This document shows positions 63,825 through 64,000 of a stretch of 64,000 nucleotides of DNA, one piece after another. Position 1 is the first letter of the stretch. The number at the start of each line of letters is the position of its first letter. The notes under the pieces were generated by a model. It made no database searches and had not been told where the DNA came from. It saw only the letters and a program-made list of their open reading frames with translations. Where the stretch lies: NCBI GenBank assembly GCA_948288625.1, contig CAOHYA010000001.1, positions 486,672 through 550,671 on the forward strand, in the 5' to 3' direction. A program made the position numbers and the translations under genes. Source of the stretch: an uncultured Candidatus Saccharibacteria bacterium (GTDB lineage: Bacteria > Patescibacteriota > Saccharimonadia > Saccharimonadales > Saccharimonadaceae).

Positions 63825-64000
63825 TTCGCCATTCCTCTCTCAGTTCATCTTCGGTCAATTGTACGAACTCGTCTTCGACGATCCGGTCACGCTCCATCAG
63901 GTTATCCACCGCTCCGTTGGAGCGCGAGAATTTTTCCTTGATGGGAGTGAACGTGGATCTCGTCTCGATGAAAACCATCGGCTCCGTGCCGATTTTCATC
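63799..64000 (-). CDS. Hypothetical protein, C-terminal part (ORF continues beyond the window)
   Basis: An open frame reaches the window edge. The composition is acidic. It belongs to the same GC-rich operon. Confidence 0.35.
   Translation of the reverse strand, partial: MKIGTEPMVFIETRSTFTPIKEKFSRSNGAVDNLMERDRIVEDEFVQLTEDELREEWRNEEADDQL

Noticed and set aside
1-64000. CRISPR arrays, IS elements, integrases, toxin-antitoxin pairs, restriction-modification or other recognisable defence systems.
   Set aside because: I found no regularly spaced direct repeats, no transposase, recombinase or reverse-transcriptase motifs, and no methyltransferase/nuclease pairs in any frame. The RCC1 and tail-fibre repeats are protein-level repeats, not arrays.

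Overview
This 64-kb chromosomal window is densely coded, with about 75 protein genes and no rRNA, tRNA, CRISPR array, transposase or integrase that I could recognise. The gene content looks like a reduced, Gram-positive-type genome. It includes type IV pilus proteins, a sortase-type surface protein, YtxH/DUF948, NrnA and many leaderless genes. I infer a Patescibacteria/Saccharibacteria-like episymbiont, but cannot prove it from sequence alone.

Housekeeping genes:
- dnaX, dnaB, recR, ybaB, cysS, nrnA and greA.
- A fragmented secE-nusG-rplK-rplA-rplJ-rplL cluster.
- A tmk-dcd-thyX thymidylate module.

Accessory content:
- One two-component system plus an orphan PAS histidine kinase.
- A P-type ATPase, an ABC exporter, and MscS and AI-2E transporters.
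- Two paralogous 554-aa FAD oxidases.
- Erm-like and FusB-like ribosome-targeting genes.
- A photolyase.
- A minor-pilin operon whose first gene fuses a PilX-type N-terminus to an RCC1 propeller with an embedded ricin-B lectin.
- An orphan, phage-tail-fibre-like three-gene module.

Several ORFs are visibly GC-rich compared with their neighbours: 2057-3607, 26211-28472, about 30060-30340, 33277-34329 and 62088 to the window end. Each sits behind an AT-rich, native-looking promoter. Their products have actinobacterial flavour: an LAxTG anchor, a ThyX-like enzyme, and an SLT+M23 peptidoglycan hydrolase.

The most striking signal is a complete type III hammerhead ribozyme motif at 28560-28616 (+). 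All three helices and the full catalytic core are present. It directly abuts a very stable compound hairpin at the 3' end of a GC-rich two-gene membrane cassette.

A second unexplained element at about 30034-30380 is GC-rich and bracketed by a consensus promoter and a terminator. It is either a structured RNA or a 59-codon ORF.
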